This document shows, in pieces, positions 38,729 through 50,802 of a stretch of DNA of 64,000 nt (the first letter of the stretch is position 1; every line of letters begins with the position of its first letter). The DNA comes from Candidatus Omnitrophota bacterium. Its GTDB lineage: Bacteria; Omnitrophota; Gorgyraeia; Zapsychrales; Zapsychraceae. The position numbers and the translations under genes are program-made. The notes beneath the pieces are model-generated. The model saw nothing but the letters and a program-made list of their open reading frames with translations, had not been told where the DNA came from and made no database searches. The stretch is taken from contig JADFXT010000005.1 of the NCBI GenBank assembly GCA_015233405.1, positions 10,210 through 74,209 on the forward strand, written 5' to 3'.

Positions 38729-39205
38729 ATGAAAAAAATCATCACAGGACTTCTTGCTGCGGCACTTATTACTATGATTAGCGGCGCGGCAATGGCGGAA
38801 AATTGTAATTTTATCGCCAGTAAAGGATCAGACAAATATCATAAGCCAGATTGCGCTACTGTTCAGAAAATTAAAGCAGAAAATAAACTTTGCTATAAAT
38901 ACGCTGAAGAAGCAATTTCCGACGAATTTACTTCCTGCGGAGCTTGTAAACCGGCTGAACATACTAAAGTGGTCGCGAGCAAAGGTTCTGATAAATACCA
39001 CCTTCCTGAATGCAGCATCGTGAAAAATATTAAACCAGAAAATCTTCAAACTTTTGATTCTCCCGAGGAGGCTGTCAAAGCTGGATCAACGACGCCATGT
39101 GGCGTTTGCAAACCGCCGAAACCAGTTGAAAAAAAAGAAAAAACTGAAAAAGCAGAAAAGCCTACAAAAACCGAGAAGAAAAAAGATTCCAAGAAATCCA
39201 AATAA
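38729..39205 (+). CDS. secreted protein with two Ada-like Cys4 metal-binding modules and a Lys-rich tail
   Basis: AAAGGAG RBS and a signal peptide (AAMA-EN). Duplicated module SKGSDKYH-x-P-x-C...C-x2-CKP. C-terminal KKEKTEKAEKPTKTEKKKDSKKSK. Confidence 0.75.
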   Translation: MKKIITGLLAAALITMISGAAMAENCNFIASKGSDKYHKPDCATVQKIKAENKLCYKYAEEAISDEFTSCGACKPAEHTKVVASKGSDKYHLPECSIVKNIKPENLQTFDSPEEAVKAGSTTPCGVCKPPKPVEKKEKTEKAEKPTKTEKKKDSKKSK

Positions 39206-39228
39206 TTAAAGGAAGCAGAATTAATTTT

Positions 39229-39270
39229 AACGCCTGTTATTCTTTATGGAATAGCAGGCGTTATTATTTG
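39229..39270 (+). terminator. rho-independent terminator
   Basis: 13-bp stem aacgcctgttatt / aatagcaggcgtt followed by T-rich sequence. Confidence 0.8.
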
Positions 39271-39296
39271 TTAGGATATAAGTAAAACTTTTTATG

Positions 39297-39326
39297 TTGG
39301 ACAGGGTTGTTTTAGTCGTTTAAAAT
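39297..39326 (+). promoter_or_regulatory. candidate sigma70-type promoter
   Basis: TTGGAC (39297-39302), 18-nt spacer, TAAAAT (39321-39326). Confidence 0.35.
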
Positions 39327-39369
39327 GGAAAATTAACTGGCCCTAGTTAGAACAAAAACAAAGGATGTT

Positions 39370-40194
39370 ATGAGTTTTTTTACTGTGGATAAATCTAAAT
39401 GTTGTTCTGATGGAATCTGTGTTGACGTGTGTCCTATAGGAATTCTACAAATGGATGCATCAGGCCAAATGCCTGTGCCTGTTGAAGGCGCGGAAAATCT
39501 TTGTATCAATTGCGGACATTGTTTAGCGGTCTGCCCTCAAGGGGCGATTTCTCTTTCCGCCATGCCCATTAAAGACTGCGAACCATTACGCAATAATTGG
39601 AATCTTTCGTCAGAGGATGTTAAACATTTTTTAAAAGGCCGCCGGTCTATTCGGCTTTATAAAGAACAGCTCGTCGACCGCGCAATCATTGAACAATTGG
39701 TCGATACGGCCAGATATGCTCCTTCGGGGATTAATCTTCAACCGGTGTCGTGGAAAATTGTTTATGAACCTCAAAAAGTCCAAGAATTAGCTAAACGAGT
39801 TATTGATTGGATGATCGCTCAGATTAAGGCAGAATCTCCGTTTGCGAAAGGCTTACGGATGGAAAAAATTGTTGCCGCTTGGGATAAGGGAGAGGACCGG
39901 ATTTGCCGTAAGGCCCCGCATATTGTCATTGCTTATGGGCTAAAAGATGACGGCACAGCCGCCCAAGCTAGCACCATCGCGCTCACCTATTTTGAGTTAA
40001 TCGCGGCAGCGTCGGGGCTTGGCGCCTGTTGGGCAGGATATGCAGGTATGGCGGCCTCTTTGGATCCGGAAGTAAAGAAATTTCTTGGCCTTCGTTCCCG
40101 TGAAAATTGCTTTGGTGCCATGATGTTTGGTTATCCTAAATATCAATATCGCCGAATTCCACTACGGAATCCTGCTAGAATTTCGTGGGCGTAA
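39370..40194 (+). CDS. nitroreductase-family protein with N-terminal 2x[4Fe-4S] ferredoxin domain
   Basis: Cys clusters CCSDGICVDVCP and CINCGHCLAVCP. Followed by the nitroreductase fold (RRSIRLYK...ARYAPSGINLQP). Confidence 0.88.
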   Translation: MSFFTVDKSKCCSDGICVDVCPIGILQMDASGQMPVPVEGAENLCINCGHCLAVCPQGAISLSAMPIKDCEPLRNNWNLSSEDVKHFLKGRRSIRLYKEQLVDRAIIEQLVDTARYAPSGINLQPVSWKIVYEPQKVQELAKRVIDWMIAQIKAESPFAKGLRMEKIVAAWDKGEDRICRKAPHIVIAYGLKDDGTAAQASTIALTYFELIAAASGLGACWAGYAGMAASLDPEVKKFLGLRSRENCFGAMMFGYPKYQYRRIPLRNPARISWA

Positions 40195-40209
40195 AAAAAG
40201 GAGGGGTTT

Positions 40210-40392
40210 ATGATCGATGTCGAGGTTCTTCAGTTAGCTTTAACTCAAGAAGAAGCGGCCATAAAAACATATCAGCAATTAGCTGAACAGTATCCGAATT
40301 TAAGAGACCTGCTTTATTTCTTAGTCGTTGAAGAACAAAAGCACCGCAGCTTGCTACAAAAAAAGATCGCAGAATTGTGTCGAGAAAATTAA
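40210..40392 (+). CDS. small ferritin-like (rubrerythrin-type helix pair) protein
   Basis: GGAGG RBS. 60 aa with QEEAAIKTYQQL...VVEEQKHRSLL (an E...EExxH pattern). Confidence 0.5.
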   Translation: MIDVEVLQLALTQEEAAIKTYQQLAEQYPNLRDLLYFLVVEEQKHRSLLQKKIAELCREN

Positions 40393-40415
40393 GGTTTTAT
40401 AAGCGAGGTTAAATT

Positions 40416-41303
40416 ATGCATGCAGCTGATTTAAAAGAAAAACAATGGGCCGCCACAAGCTCTGCGATTGCGGCTTTAGGCTTGACGAGTTTTAAGATCA
40501 TCGTCGGTGTTCTTACCGGAAGCTTAGGGCTTTTGGCCGAAGCGCTTCATTCAGGGCTGGATTTAGTTGCCGCCCTCATCACGGCATTTGCCGTAAAAAT
40601 ATCCGGACATCCGGCGGACTATGAACATCCTTATGGCCACGGAAAAGCAGAAAATCTTTCGGCATTTGTTGAAACAGCACTTTTATTGATCACCTGCTTC
40701 TGGATTATTTTTATCGCCATTAAACGGATCCTTTCCGGAAACATCCATATTGAAGTTACAATTTGGTCGTTTATTGTGATGTTTGTTTCGATTGCCGTAG
40801 ATCTTTCTAGGTCTCGCATGCTCTATAAGGCGGCTAAAAAATTCGGAAGCCAAGCCTTGGAAGCCGATGCGCTTCATTTCAGCACGGATATCTGGAGCTC
40901 GGCGGTTGTTATCTTAGGGCTTTTTTGCGTAAAATTAAGCGACTGGCTTCATGGTTATAAATTTTTGCATTATGCCGACGCTGTTGCCGCCATCATTGTC
41001 GGGGTTATTGTTATTCGTCTTAGTTTAAATTTAGGATTAAAAACAATCAATGCTCTTTTAGATACCGCGCCCGCTGGATTAAAAGAAAAAATAATTTTGA
41101 CCGTTCAATCTTTGCCGAATATTACAGACTGCCATAAAGTCAGGGTCCGTTCCTTGGGTCATCAATGTTTTATTGACCTTCACGTCCGGATGCGTGGAGA
41201 TATTAGCCTGAGGGAAGCTCATAAGCTTACAGAAGAGATTGAACGATCTATTAAAAAAATCATTCCTGGCGCAGATGTCACCGTTCATCCAGAACCTGCA
41301 TAA
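40416..41303 (+). CDS. cation diffusion facilitator (CDF) family metal efflux transporter
   Basis: TM2 HSGLD and TM5 HFSTD metal-site motifs. C-terminal cytoplasmic domain. Confidence 0.9.
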   Translation: MHAADLKEKQWAATSSAIAALGLTSFKIIVGVLTGSLGLLAEALHSGLDLVAALITAFAVKISGHPADYEHPYGHGKAENLSAFVETALLLITCFWIIFIAIKRILSGNIHIEVTIWSFIVMFVSIAVDLSRSRMLYKAAKKFGSQALEADALHFSTDIWSSAVVILGLFCVKLSDWLHGYKFLHYADAVAAIIVGVIVIRLSLNLGLKTINALLDTAPAGLKEKIILTVQSLPNITDCHKVRVRSLGHQCFIDLHVRMRGDISLREAHKLTEEIERSIKKIIPGADVTVHPEPA

Positions 41304-41371
41304 ACTCCAATAAATAACAACGATTAAACCATTGCCATAGAAGAAAATAGTGCTATAATTACCCTTTAATT

Positions 41372-41698
41372 ATGGACAATCCCGAGTTTCATCCTCCTTC
41401 GCAGAAGACCAACTCCTCCGATAGCAGCGTGGATGAAAAATCTCAAAAAAATGATCGGCCAGCAGGTAAATCAATAGGGCTCCATAAACGCGTTAAAATC
41501 GCCTGCGTATTATCCGTTATGCCTTTTGTCGTCGCCATAGGACCTGTGAGTGGTTATTTTTTAGGAGAATATCTTAGAAGCAAGTTTGGGTTTAATTATC
41601 ATGTGGTTGTTATTTCTTTGTTGCTCGGAACTGTAGTGAGCATTAAAGAAACGATTAAAATTATAAAACTTGCTCTTAAATTTGATAAAGAGCCGTAA
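41372..41698 (+). CDS. AtpZ/AtpI-like small membrane protein preceding the ATP synthase operon
   Basis: Two TM helices (VMPFVVAIGPVSGYFLGEYL ...), positioned directly 5' of atpB. The N-terminal approximately 40 aa are low complexity, so the start is uncertain. Confidence 0.6.
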   Translation: MDNPEFHPPSQKTNSSDSSVDEKSQKNDRPAGKSIGLHKRVKIACVLSVMPFVVAIGPVSGYFLGEYLRSKFGFNYHVVVISLLLGTVVSIKETIKIIKLALKFDKEP

Positions 41699-41700
41699 AC

Positions 41701-42435
41701 ATGCATAAAGAACTTCCCAATATTATTACTGTTCTAGCCGAGCATTTCCCTGGCCCCGTGGCTGAATTTTTATTGACCTGGCAGAATGTCATTCTTTCTT
41801 TAATCGTTATTTCCATTCTTATCCTCATTTCATTTGCAGTATATTCTTCCATCCGAAAGAACGGCCTTATCCCATCCGCGATCCAAAACGTTGTTGAAAT
41901 TTTCGTGGAGGGAGTTGATGGATTTGTCTGCAGTATTTTAGGGCATCACGGAAGAAAATTCGTGCCGTTTATAGGAACGCTCTTTATCTATATCCTTTTC
42001 ATGAATTTGCTCGGACTTATCCCATATTTTAAATCTCCGACGGCCAGCTGGTCAACGACCATGGCTTTAGCTTTATGCGTTTTTGTTTATCTACAATATA
42101 CAGCCTTAAAAGAACTCGGATTTAAAGGATACACTTATCATCTCTTGGGAAAACCGAAGGGTGTCATAGCATTTTCCGTTGTTATTCCACTATTAATGTT
42201 CGTCCTGCACGTTGTTTCAGAATTCGTCCGACCACTGAGCTTGTCGCTTCGTTTACGAAGCAATATCTGGGGAGACGAAGTCTTATTCGGTGTACTGGCA
42301 GGATTCGGACTCCAAGGTGTTCCACTATTAATTTTTAACAGCTTTCTGGCGCTCATTGCTGCATTAGTTCAAGCGGTGGTGTTTTGCCTTTTAACAACCA
42401 TTTATTTTGCATTAGTTCTTGTTCACGAAGAATAA
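41701..42435 (+). CDS. atpB: F-type ATP synthase Fo subunit a
   Basis: Conserved LSLSLRLRSNIWGDE (essential Arg) and operon context. Confidence 0.95.
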   Translation: MHKELPNIITVLAEHFPGPVAEFLLTWQNVILSLIVISILILISFAVYSSIRKNGLIPSAIQNVVEIFVEGVDGFVCSILGHHGRKFVPFIGTLFIYILFMNLLGLIPYFKSPTASWSTTMALALCVFVYLQYTALKELGFKGYTYHLLGKPKGVIAFSVVIPLLMFVLHVVSEFVRPLSLSLRLRSNIWGDEVLFGVLAGFGLQGVPLLIFNSFLALIAALVQAVVFCLLTTIYFALVLVHEE

Positions 42436-42465
42436 GAAATCTAAAGTCAAAAAGGAGGAAGTGAA

Positions 42466-42696
42466 ATGGATTACAAGAGCATGTTAGCATTATCATTGCC
42501 CTTAGGGCTAGGTTTGGCAGCTTGCGGCTGTGCTTTGGGTTTAGGAAAGGCTATTGCCGCTGCTATGGATGCGACTGGCCGTCAGCCAGAGGCATCAACA
42601 AAGATCCTTATCAATATGGCAACAGGTTGCGCTTTCATCGAAGCGTTGACGATTTACGTCCTTGTTGTTGTGTTCAATTTCCTTGGAAAACTATAA
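42466..42696 (+). CDS. atpE: F-type ATP synthase Fo subunit c
   Basis: 76-aa hairpin with the GRQPE loop and carboxylate in AFIEAL. Confidence 0.95.
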   Translation: MDYKSMLALSLPLGLGLAACGCALGLGKAIAAAMDATGRQPEASTKILINMATGCAFIEALTIYVLVVVFNFLGKL

Positions 42697-42708
42697 AAAG
42701 AGAAAACC

Positions 42709-43209
42709 ATGGAACTTTTTAAATTACTTGCCGCCAATGAAGTTGTTGCGCAGATCATCAGTTTCTTAGTTCTGCTTGCTATTTTGCGGTTCCTTTTATG
42801 GAAACCGGTCCTTAAGATGCTCGACGACCGGAAAGCCAAAATAGCGGATGATTTTAAGCAGATCGAAGATGTGAAAAAAGAAGTGGCTGGCCTTAAGGCC
42901 GAATATGAAGAGAATATGTCTTCTATTCAAGAAGTTGCCAAAGAGAAAATGAGGGAAGCTATCGACGAAGGCCGAAAAGCAGCGGAGGCCATCAAGAAGG
43001 ACGCCCAACAATCCGCTAAGGCCATCATCGACGATGCCAAGGTCTCCATTGAGATTGAAGTGGCCAAGGCCAGAATAAATCTTAAAAAAGACATCGTGGA
43101 TTTGACGATTCAAGCCACGGAAGAGATCGTGCAACAAAAACTGACCGAAGAACAGGACCGGAAGTTGGTCATGGATTTTTTGGACAAAATGGATAACATC
43201 GAAAAATGA
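42709..43209 (+). CDS. atpF: F-type ATP synthase Fo subunit b
   Basis: N-terminal TM plus a long charged helix. Operon position. Confidence 0.9.
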   Translation: MELFKLLAANEVVAQIISFLVLLAILRFLLWKPVLKMLDDRKAKIADDFKQIEDVKKEVAGLKAEYEENMSSIQEVAKEKMREAIDEGRKAAEAIKKDAQQSAKAIIDDAKVSIEIEVAKARINLKKDIVDLTIQATEEIVQQKLTEEQDRKLVMDFLDKMDNIEK

Positions 43210-43751
43210 AGAACTCCATTATAGCAAGAAGATACGGGGATGCGTTCATTAGCCTGGCGCGAGCGACCATCGGCATAGAGCAGGCGGTCAAAGAAGCCAA
43301 TACCCTTAAAAGAATTCTTAAAGAAAGCGAAGAGTTCAATATCTTCTTTGCGAGCCCACAGATCAGCCGTCCGGAAAAGACCCGTTTTATCGATGATATT
43401 CTGAAAAACGATTTTTCGGAAGATATGCGGAATTTCCTAAAGCTCCTGATTAACAAAGGCCGCATGGATTATTTTGTCGGCATTGCGGATCATATCAGAG
43501 AAACTTACTCGCATGAGGATGTCGTCAATGTCGTTTTAAAAACCACGTTTTTTCTCGACAATGCGCTGATCCAAAAGGTGCAAAACAAATTACAGGAAAA
43601 ACTTCAGAAAAAAATGAATTTTTATATCAATCTCGCTCCGGAGTTATGCGGCGGGATCCAAGTCATTATTGGCAATAAAATTATCGACGGCTCGGTGAAA
43701 TACCGGCTTAACGAATTAAAGAAAAAGCTAAAAGCGATAGAGGTGTTTTAA
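43206..43751 (+). CDS. atpH: F-type ATP synthase subunit delta (OSCP)
   Basis: 181 aa. Starts ARRYGDAF. Ends [20 protein letters not shown]. Confidence 0.9.
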   Translation: MKNSIIARRYGDAFISLARATIGIEQAVKEANTLKRILKESEEFNIFFASPQISRPEKTRFIDDILKNDFSEDMRNFLKLLINKGRMDYFVGIADHIRETYSHEDVVNVVLKTTFFLDNALIQKVQNKLQEKLQKKMNFYINLAPELCGGIQVIIGNKIIDGSVKYRLNELKKKLKAIEVF

Positions 43752-45279
43752 TGGATATTAGGCCCGAAGAAATAACGTCAATTATCAAAAAAGAATTGGA
43801 AAAATATACCACCCGGCTTTCCGTGGAATCCGTAGGAACGGTCATTCAGGTCGGCGACGCTATTGCGCGGATTTATGGCCTTGATGATGTCATGGTCGGC
43901 GAGCTGATTGAATTTTCCGACAATGTCATGGGCATGGTCTTAAGTTTGGAAGAAGACACTGTGGGCGCTGTTATTTTTGGTTCGGATAATCCCGACCGAA
44001 ACATTAAAGAAGGCGATGTCGTCAAACGGACCGGAAAAATTGTTCAGATTCCTGTTGGTGATGCCTTGATCGGACGTACCGTTGGAACTTTAGGAAAACC
44101 TATCGACGGAAAAGGCGAACTTCACACAGATAAATTTAGACCGTTACAATCTAATGCGCCAAGTATTGTTGACCGCCAGCCAGTGTTTGAACCTTTGGAA
44201 ACCGGGCTTAAGGCTATTGACTCTATGATTCCGATCGGCCGCGGCCAAAGAGAGCTTATTATCGGCGACCGACAGACCGGAAAAACCGCTATTGCCATCG
44301 ACACGATCATCAATCAAAAAGGAAAAGGTGTTTTTTGCGTTTATGTCGCTATCGGGCAAAAGATGTCGAATATCGTCGCTGTGGCTGAGACGTTACAGAA
44401 ATATGGGGCTATGGAATATACGACGATCGTGAGCGCCTCATCCCGGGCGTCGGCATCTTTACAGTACCTAGCGCCTTATGCCGGTTGCGCTATTGCCGAA
44501 GAATTTATGTATTCCGGCAAGCACGCGCTCGTTATTTACGATGACCTTTCTCGTCACGCCATGGCGTATCGTCAGCTTTCCTTATTGTTACGTCGTCCGC
44601 CAGGCCGCGAGGCTTATCCGGGCGATATTTTTTATCTCCATTCAAGGCTTTTGGAGCGCGCCGCCAAGTTATCCAACGATTTGGGCGGAGGGTCTTTAAC
44701 CGCTCTTCCGATTATTGAAACACAGGCCGGCGATATTACCAGCTACATTCCAACGAACGTTATTTCCATTACCGACGGACAGATTTATCTGGAAGGCGAT
44801 TTATTTTACGGCGGTGTACGTCCAGCCATTAACGTCGGATTCTCAGTTTCCCGCGTCGGCGGCAAGGCCCAATCCAAGGCCATGCGCAAGGTTGCTGGAA
44901 AGCTTCGACTTGATTTAGCGCAATACCGCGAACTGGTCACCTTTACCCAATTCGGGTCTGAGTTGGATAAAGCAACCCAAGCCCAGCTTGTCCGCGGTGA
45001 GAGAATGGTCGAAATCCTAAAACAAAAGCAATATGAGCCGTTGTCTTTGGCTCATCAGGTCATGATCATTTACGTCGGGACACAAGGGTATCTGGACGAT
45101 ATCCCAACTAACCTCATTGCGGTGTTTGAAAAGGAATTTTATCAGTTTATCGATTCCGATTATCCGCAAGTTCCTATCGAAATCGCATCACAAAAACAAT
45201 TGACCGACGAGCTCATGAAAACCTTAAACAGCGCTGTCGCGACTTTTAAGGAAAAATTTAAACAAGGACATCTCAAGTA

Positions 45280-45280
<1 letters not shown>
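43751..45280 (+). CDS. atpA: F-type ATP synthase subunit alpha
   Basis: GDRQTGKT P-loop and high overall family similarity. Confidence 0.98.
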
Positions 45281-47554
<2,274 letters not shown>

Positions 47555-47559
47555 GCCAT

Positions 47560-47811
47560 ATGGCGAATGTTTTTCATTTAAATATCTCTTCGCAAGAAAA
47601 AACAATCTATGATGCCAACGTGGTTTCGCTCATTGTCCCGGCGGAGTCCGGCTATATGGGCGTCTTGGCGAATCATGCGCCGCTCATTGCATCCCTTGTC
47701 CCAGGCAAAGTTACCATAAAAGAAGAGAGTGGGGATCTTAATACGATTGATCTTTCTTCTGAAGGCTTCTTGGAGGTTTTAAAAAATAACGTGACTGTTC
47801 TTTTGACGTAA
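47560..47811 (+). CDS. atpC: F-type ATP synthase subunit epsilon, N-terminal beta-sandwich only
   Basis: 83 aa. Matches the epsilon N-domain (GYMGVLANHAPLIASLVPG) but stops before the usual C-terminal helical hairpin. Confidence 0.85.
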   Translation: MANVFHLNISSQEKTIYDANVVSLIVPAESGYMGVLANHAPLIASLVPGKVTIKEESGDLNTIDLSSEGFLEVLKNNVTVLLT

Positions 47812-47825
47812 AATATTCCCATCCC

Positions 47826-47864
47826 AAAGCCTTGAATCCGGATTTTCCGGCCAAGGCTTTTTTA
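47826..47864 (+). terminator. rho-independent terminator of the atp operon
   Basis: Stem aaagccttg / caaggcttt with inner ccgg/ccgg pairing, followed by a T6 run. Confidence 0.85.
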
Positions 47865-47910
47865 TTCGCTGCAGAAATCTTTATTTTATAAAAAGAAAGA
47901 CCTTTTTAAT

Positions 47911-48606
47911 ATGCGCGCATTAATCGTCGAAGACGAACAAAAAGTTGCCAATTTTATCAAAAAGGGCTTGCTTGAAAATAATTTTGCTGCCGATATTGCT
48001 CCTGACGGTGAAGAAGGCCTGTTCTTGGCTGAGAATGAAAAGTATGATATCGTCGTCCTCGATTTGATGTTGCCTAAGATCAGCGGGTTGGAAATTTTAA
48101 AAAGTATCCGTAAAAAAGGAATCGGCACGCCCGTCATTTGCCTGACCGCCAAAGGCAATCTTAAAGACAAAATAGAAGGGTTTAACGCCGGAACAGATGA
48201 TTATATCGTTAAACCGTTTATGTTCGCCGAACTTTTAGCTCGTATCAGAGCACTCTTAAAGCGTACCCAAAATCATTTGGAGAATTCAGTCTTAAAATAT
48301 GCAGATCTGGTCTTGGACCAAAAAACACGCCGGGCTGAAAGAAACGGGCGCATCATTGTTTTGACCGCTAAAGAATTCAGCATTTTAGAGTTGTTGATGA
48401 TCAACTCCGAGCAGGTCGTAACCCGCACATTGATCACGGAATCCGCCTGGGACTATAATTTCGACCTGATGTCTAACGTCGTTGATGTCCATATCCGTCG
48501 TTTGCGCGAAAAGATCGACGGCAATGAAAAAGAAAAACTGATTCACACCATTTGGGGCATGGGTTATGTCATCAAAAAAATCTCCGGCAAAAAGAAAATG
48601 GTTTAA
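47911..48606 (+). CDS. OmpR-family response regulator
   Basis: Receiver domain (LIVEDE, VVLDLMLPKISG, KPF) plus a winged-helix C-terminal domain (IHTIWGMGY). Confidence 0.93.
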   Translation: MRALIVEDEQKVANFIKKGLLENNFAADIAPDGEEGLFLAENEKYDIVVLDLMLPKISGLEILKSIRKKGIGTPVICLTAKGNLKDKIEGFNAGTDDYIVKPFMFAELLARIRALLKRTQNHLENSVLKYADLVLDQKTRRAERNGRIIVLTAKEFSILELLMINSEQVVTRTLITESAWDYNFDLMSNVVDVHIRRLREKIDGNEKEKLIHTIWGMGYVIKKISGKKKMV

Positions 48607-50032
48607 AAGCCTCGGGTGGAAAATCACGCTATGGTATGCGTTTCTCTTCCTTTTTTCCAGCCTCATGTTTTCATTCTTTCTCTATCAGCTTCTTCAGCGC
48701 CAATTATATGCGGAAGTAGACTTCTTTTTAAACTATGAAATGAGCGACTTTAGCCAGTACGTCGCCGACCATCAAAATAATCTTTCCTTAATAGAACGCC
48801 AGATGCAAAAAGAATCCGTAGCGATTCATAAAGATTATCAGGTATTCTACGGCATATTGGATGCCGAAAAAAGAGTTATTATCCAGTCGAGTGAGTTTAC
48901 GCTTTTGGATGTTAAGCCGATTGTTGTCAAATCCTCCATTTTTCCGGCGGCAGACATCAAAGAATATAACCTGGGCAATAAAAAAACCAATGATGCCGTC
49001 AGGATCTTAACTAAAAAATTTGAAGGGGAGAACGAATTTATCCGCTATATTCAAGTCGGCATGAATCTTACCCGTATCCGAAAAACCCTTGATAATTTTC
49101 GAAGGAATATCCTGATCGCGTTGCCGCTTTTCTTTATTTTTTCTTTAGGCGGAGGGTTCATTCTTGCGCGACGGAATTTAAAACCTCTTTCCCAAATGAT
49201 CACAACGGCCTCCCACATTACGGCCTTTAATTTGGATGAGCGCCTGCCGGTAAGAGGCGCGGAGGATGAGCTCGATAGGCTTGCCCAAACTTTTAATGAT
49301 ATGATCGCCCGTATCAAGCAGGCATATGAAAAACTTTCCCAGTTTTCTTTTGATGCCGCCCATGAGCTACGCACGCCGATTACGGCGATCATTGGGGAGA
49401 TCGAGTCTGTCCTTTCACGTCGAGGGTCCTCGGAGAAATATCAGCAGGTCCTTATGAGTAACTTAGAAGAGCTTTCGCGATTGCAAAAGCTGGTAAACCA
49501 CTTATTGTTCCTGTCGCAAGACCCTAAAGCGACCCAGAAAAAAAATATAGAGACCATCGAATTAAATGAAATTGTCCGAGATATTGCAGAACTTTTTGAG
49601 CCTGTAGCTAAAGAAAATACAGTTGAAATAACAACAAAGATCCCGTCGGACCCCATATATTTTCACGCGGAAAAATGGCGCATTGAACAAGTGATTTCCA
49701 ATTTAATTGATAATGCCATTCGCTATAACCGTCCGCAAGGGAACATCGTCATCGAACTACAAAGAAAAGAATCGGTTATAGAGATTATTGTAACGGACAC
49801 TGGGGTTGGGATCTCAGAAGAAGATAAACAAAAAATTTTCGACCGTTTTTATCGAGGGGACCCTTCGCGGAGCCGCTCTTTAGGCGGGTTTGGTTTAGGG
49901 TTAAGCATTGTAAAATCTATTGTGGAATCTTATTCAGGAACAGTTTTAGTAGATAGCCTACTGGGAAAAGGGAGCATTTTTACTGTTAGCCTTCCAGCCA
50001 TTAATAACGACTCCTCGAGGGGAACGGGATAA
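48566..50032 (+). CDS. sensor histidine kinase (2 TM, HAMP, HisKA, HATPase_c)
   Basis: H-box FDAAHELRTP, N-box DNAIRYN, G-boxes DTGVGI and GGFGLGLSIV. Overlaps the RR gene by 41 nt. Confidence 0.92.
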   Translation: MSSKKSPAKRKWFKSLGWKITLWYAFLFLFSSLMFSFFLYQLLQRQLYAEVDFFLNYEMSDFSQYVADHQNNLSLIERQMQKESVAIHKDYQVFYGILDAEKRVIIQSSEFTLLDVKPIVVKSSIFPAADIKEYNLGNKKTNDAVRILTKKFEGENEFIRYIQVGMNLTRIRKTLDNFRRNILIALPLFFIFSLGGGFILARRNLKPLSQMITTASHITAFNLDERLPVRGAEDELDRLAQTFNDMIARIKQAYEKLSQFSFDAAHELRTPITAIIGEIESVLSRRGSSEKYQQVLMSNLEELSRLQKLVNHLLFLSQDPKATQKKNIETIELNEIVRDIAELFEPVAKENTVEITTKIPSDPIYFHAEKWRIEQVISNLIDNAIRYNRPQGNIVIELQRKESVIEIIVTDTGVGISEEDKQKIFDRFYRGDPSRSRSLGGFGLGLSIVKSIVESYSGTVLVDSLLGKGSIFTVSLPAINNDSSRGTG

Positions 50033-50140
50033 TCATTGCTTTAAAAGTCATTAAGAAAAATTAATCTTTTTGTAATGGTTTTTTAATTGCGAGTTTGCTA
50101 ACTTTTATTAAATTTAATTTTAAAGAAAGGGGGTGAAAAA

Positions 50141-50638
50141 ATGGAAAAAACTCAGAAACTATTATTGGGATTAGCTCTCATCGCCGCTGTTGTGATGGTT
50201 GCTCTTCCTGTGATGGCTCAGACAGAAGAAAAGATGGCTGAACCTGCAGTTGCTAATGCTGAAGTTGCTGCTCCAGCTGTCGAAGCTACTGCTCCGGCTG
50301 TTGAAGCTACTGCTCCAGCTGTCGAAGCTGCCGCTCCTGCCGTTGAAGCTGCTCCGGCTGTTGAACCTGCCGTAGCCGCTGCTGTCGAACAGGTCGTTGG
50401 AGAAGTCGTTTCTACTGACGTAGAAAAGTCATCTTTAGTCGTGAAATATGTTGTAGATAAAGAGCTAAATATTCAAAGAACAGAAGTCTTTGATCTTAGC
50501 GCTACGACAGAAATCATGAAGGCTGAAGCGAAAATGACTCTGGCTGACGTAAAAGTCGGAGATTCTGTTACTGTCAAATATACGACAGATGCAGAAGGCA
50601 AAAAAATCGCAAGTGCTATCGCTATCGAAGTAAAGTAA
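50141..50638 (+). CDS. secreted protein with APAVEA(T/A) heptad repeats and a small beta-rich C-terminal domain
   Basis: GGGGGTGA RBS. Signal peptide (VMA-QT). Five tandem APAVEAx units. C-terminal VGDSVTVKYTTDAEGKKIA domain. Confidence 0.75.
   Translation: MEKTQKLLLGLALIAAVVMVALPVMAQTEEKMAEPAVANAEVAAPAVEATAPAVEATAPAVEAAAPAVEAAPAVEPAVAAAVEQVVGEVVSTDVEKSSLVVKYVVDKELNIQRTEVFDLSATTEIMKAEAKMTLADVKVGDSVTVKYTTDAEGKKIASAIAIEVK
50270..50368 (+). repeat. tandem 21/18-nt coding repeat (APAVEAT units)
   Basis: Units at 50270, 50291, 50312 (21 nt each) and 50333, 50351 (18 nt each): gctccNgcYgtYgaagct(act). Confidence 0.9.
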
Positions 50639-50662
50639 GACCACCTTGGTTTTATTTTGAAG

Positions 50663-50714
50663 AAGAGCGCAGAAAGGGATCGTTAAAAAACCTGATTGCG
50701 CTCTTTTTCTTTTT
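50663..50714 (+). terminator. rho-independent terminator (large loop)
   Basis: 9-bp stem aagagcgca / tgcgctctt (50663-50671 / 50697-50705) followed by tttttctttt. Confidence 0.6.
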
Positions 50715-50802
50715 AAAAGGTAGTCATCTTAGAAAAAATATTGGACACGTTTAAGATAAATGCATATAGTAATGCGAAAAATTTAACTAAGAATAAATCC
50801 TT

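Noticed and set aside
42466-42696. Na+-specific c-ring (Na+-translocating F-ATPase).
   Set aside because: The helix-1 position corresponding to the Na+-ligand Gln is Leu. The residues after the carboxylate are A-L (FIEALTIY) rather than S/T-T. This is consistent with a proton-coupled enzyme.
50270-50368. Regular short repeats considered as a possible CRISPR array.
   Set aside because: The units are contiguous with no spacers. They have 21/18-nt periodicity in frame within a CDS and encode APAVEAx. This is a coding tandem repeat.
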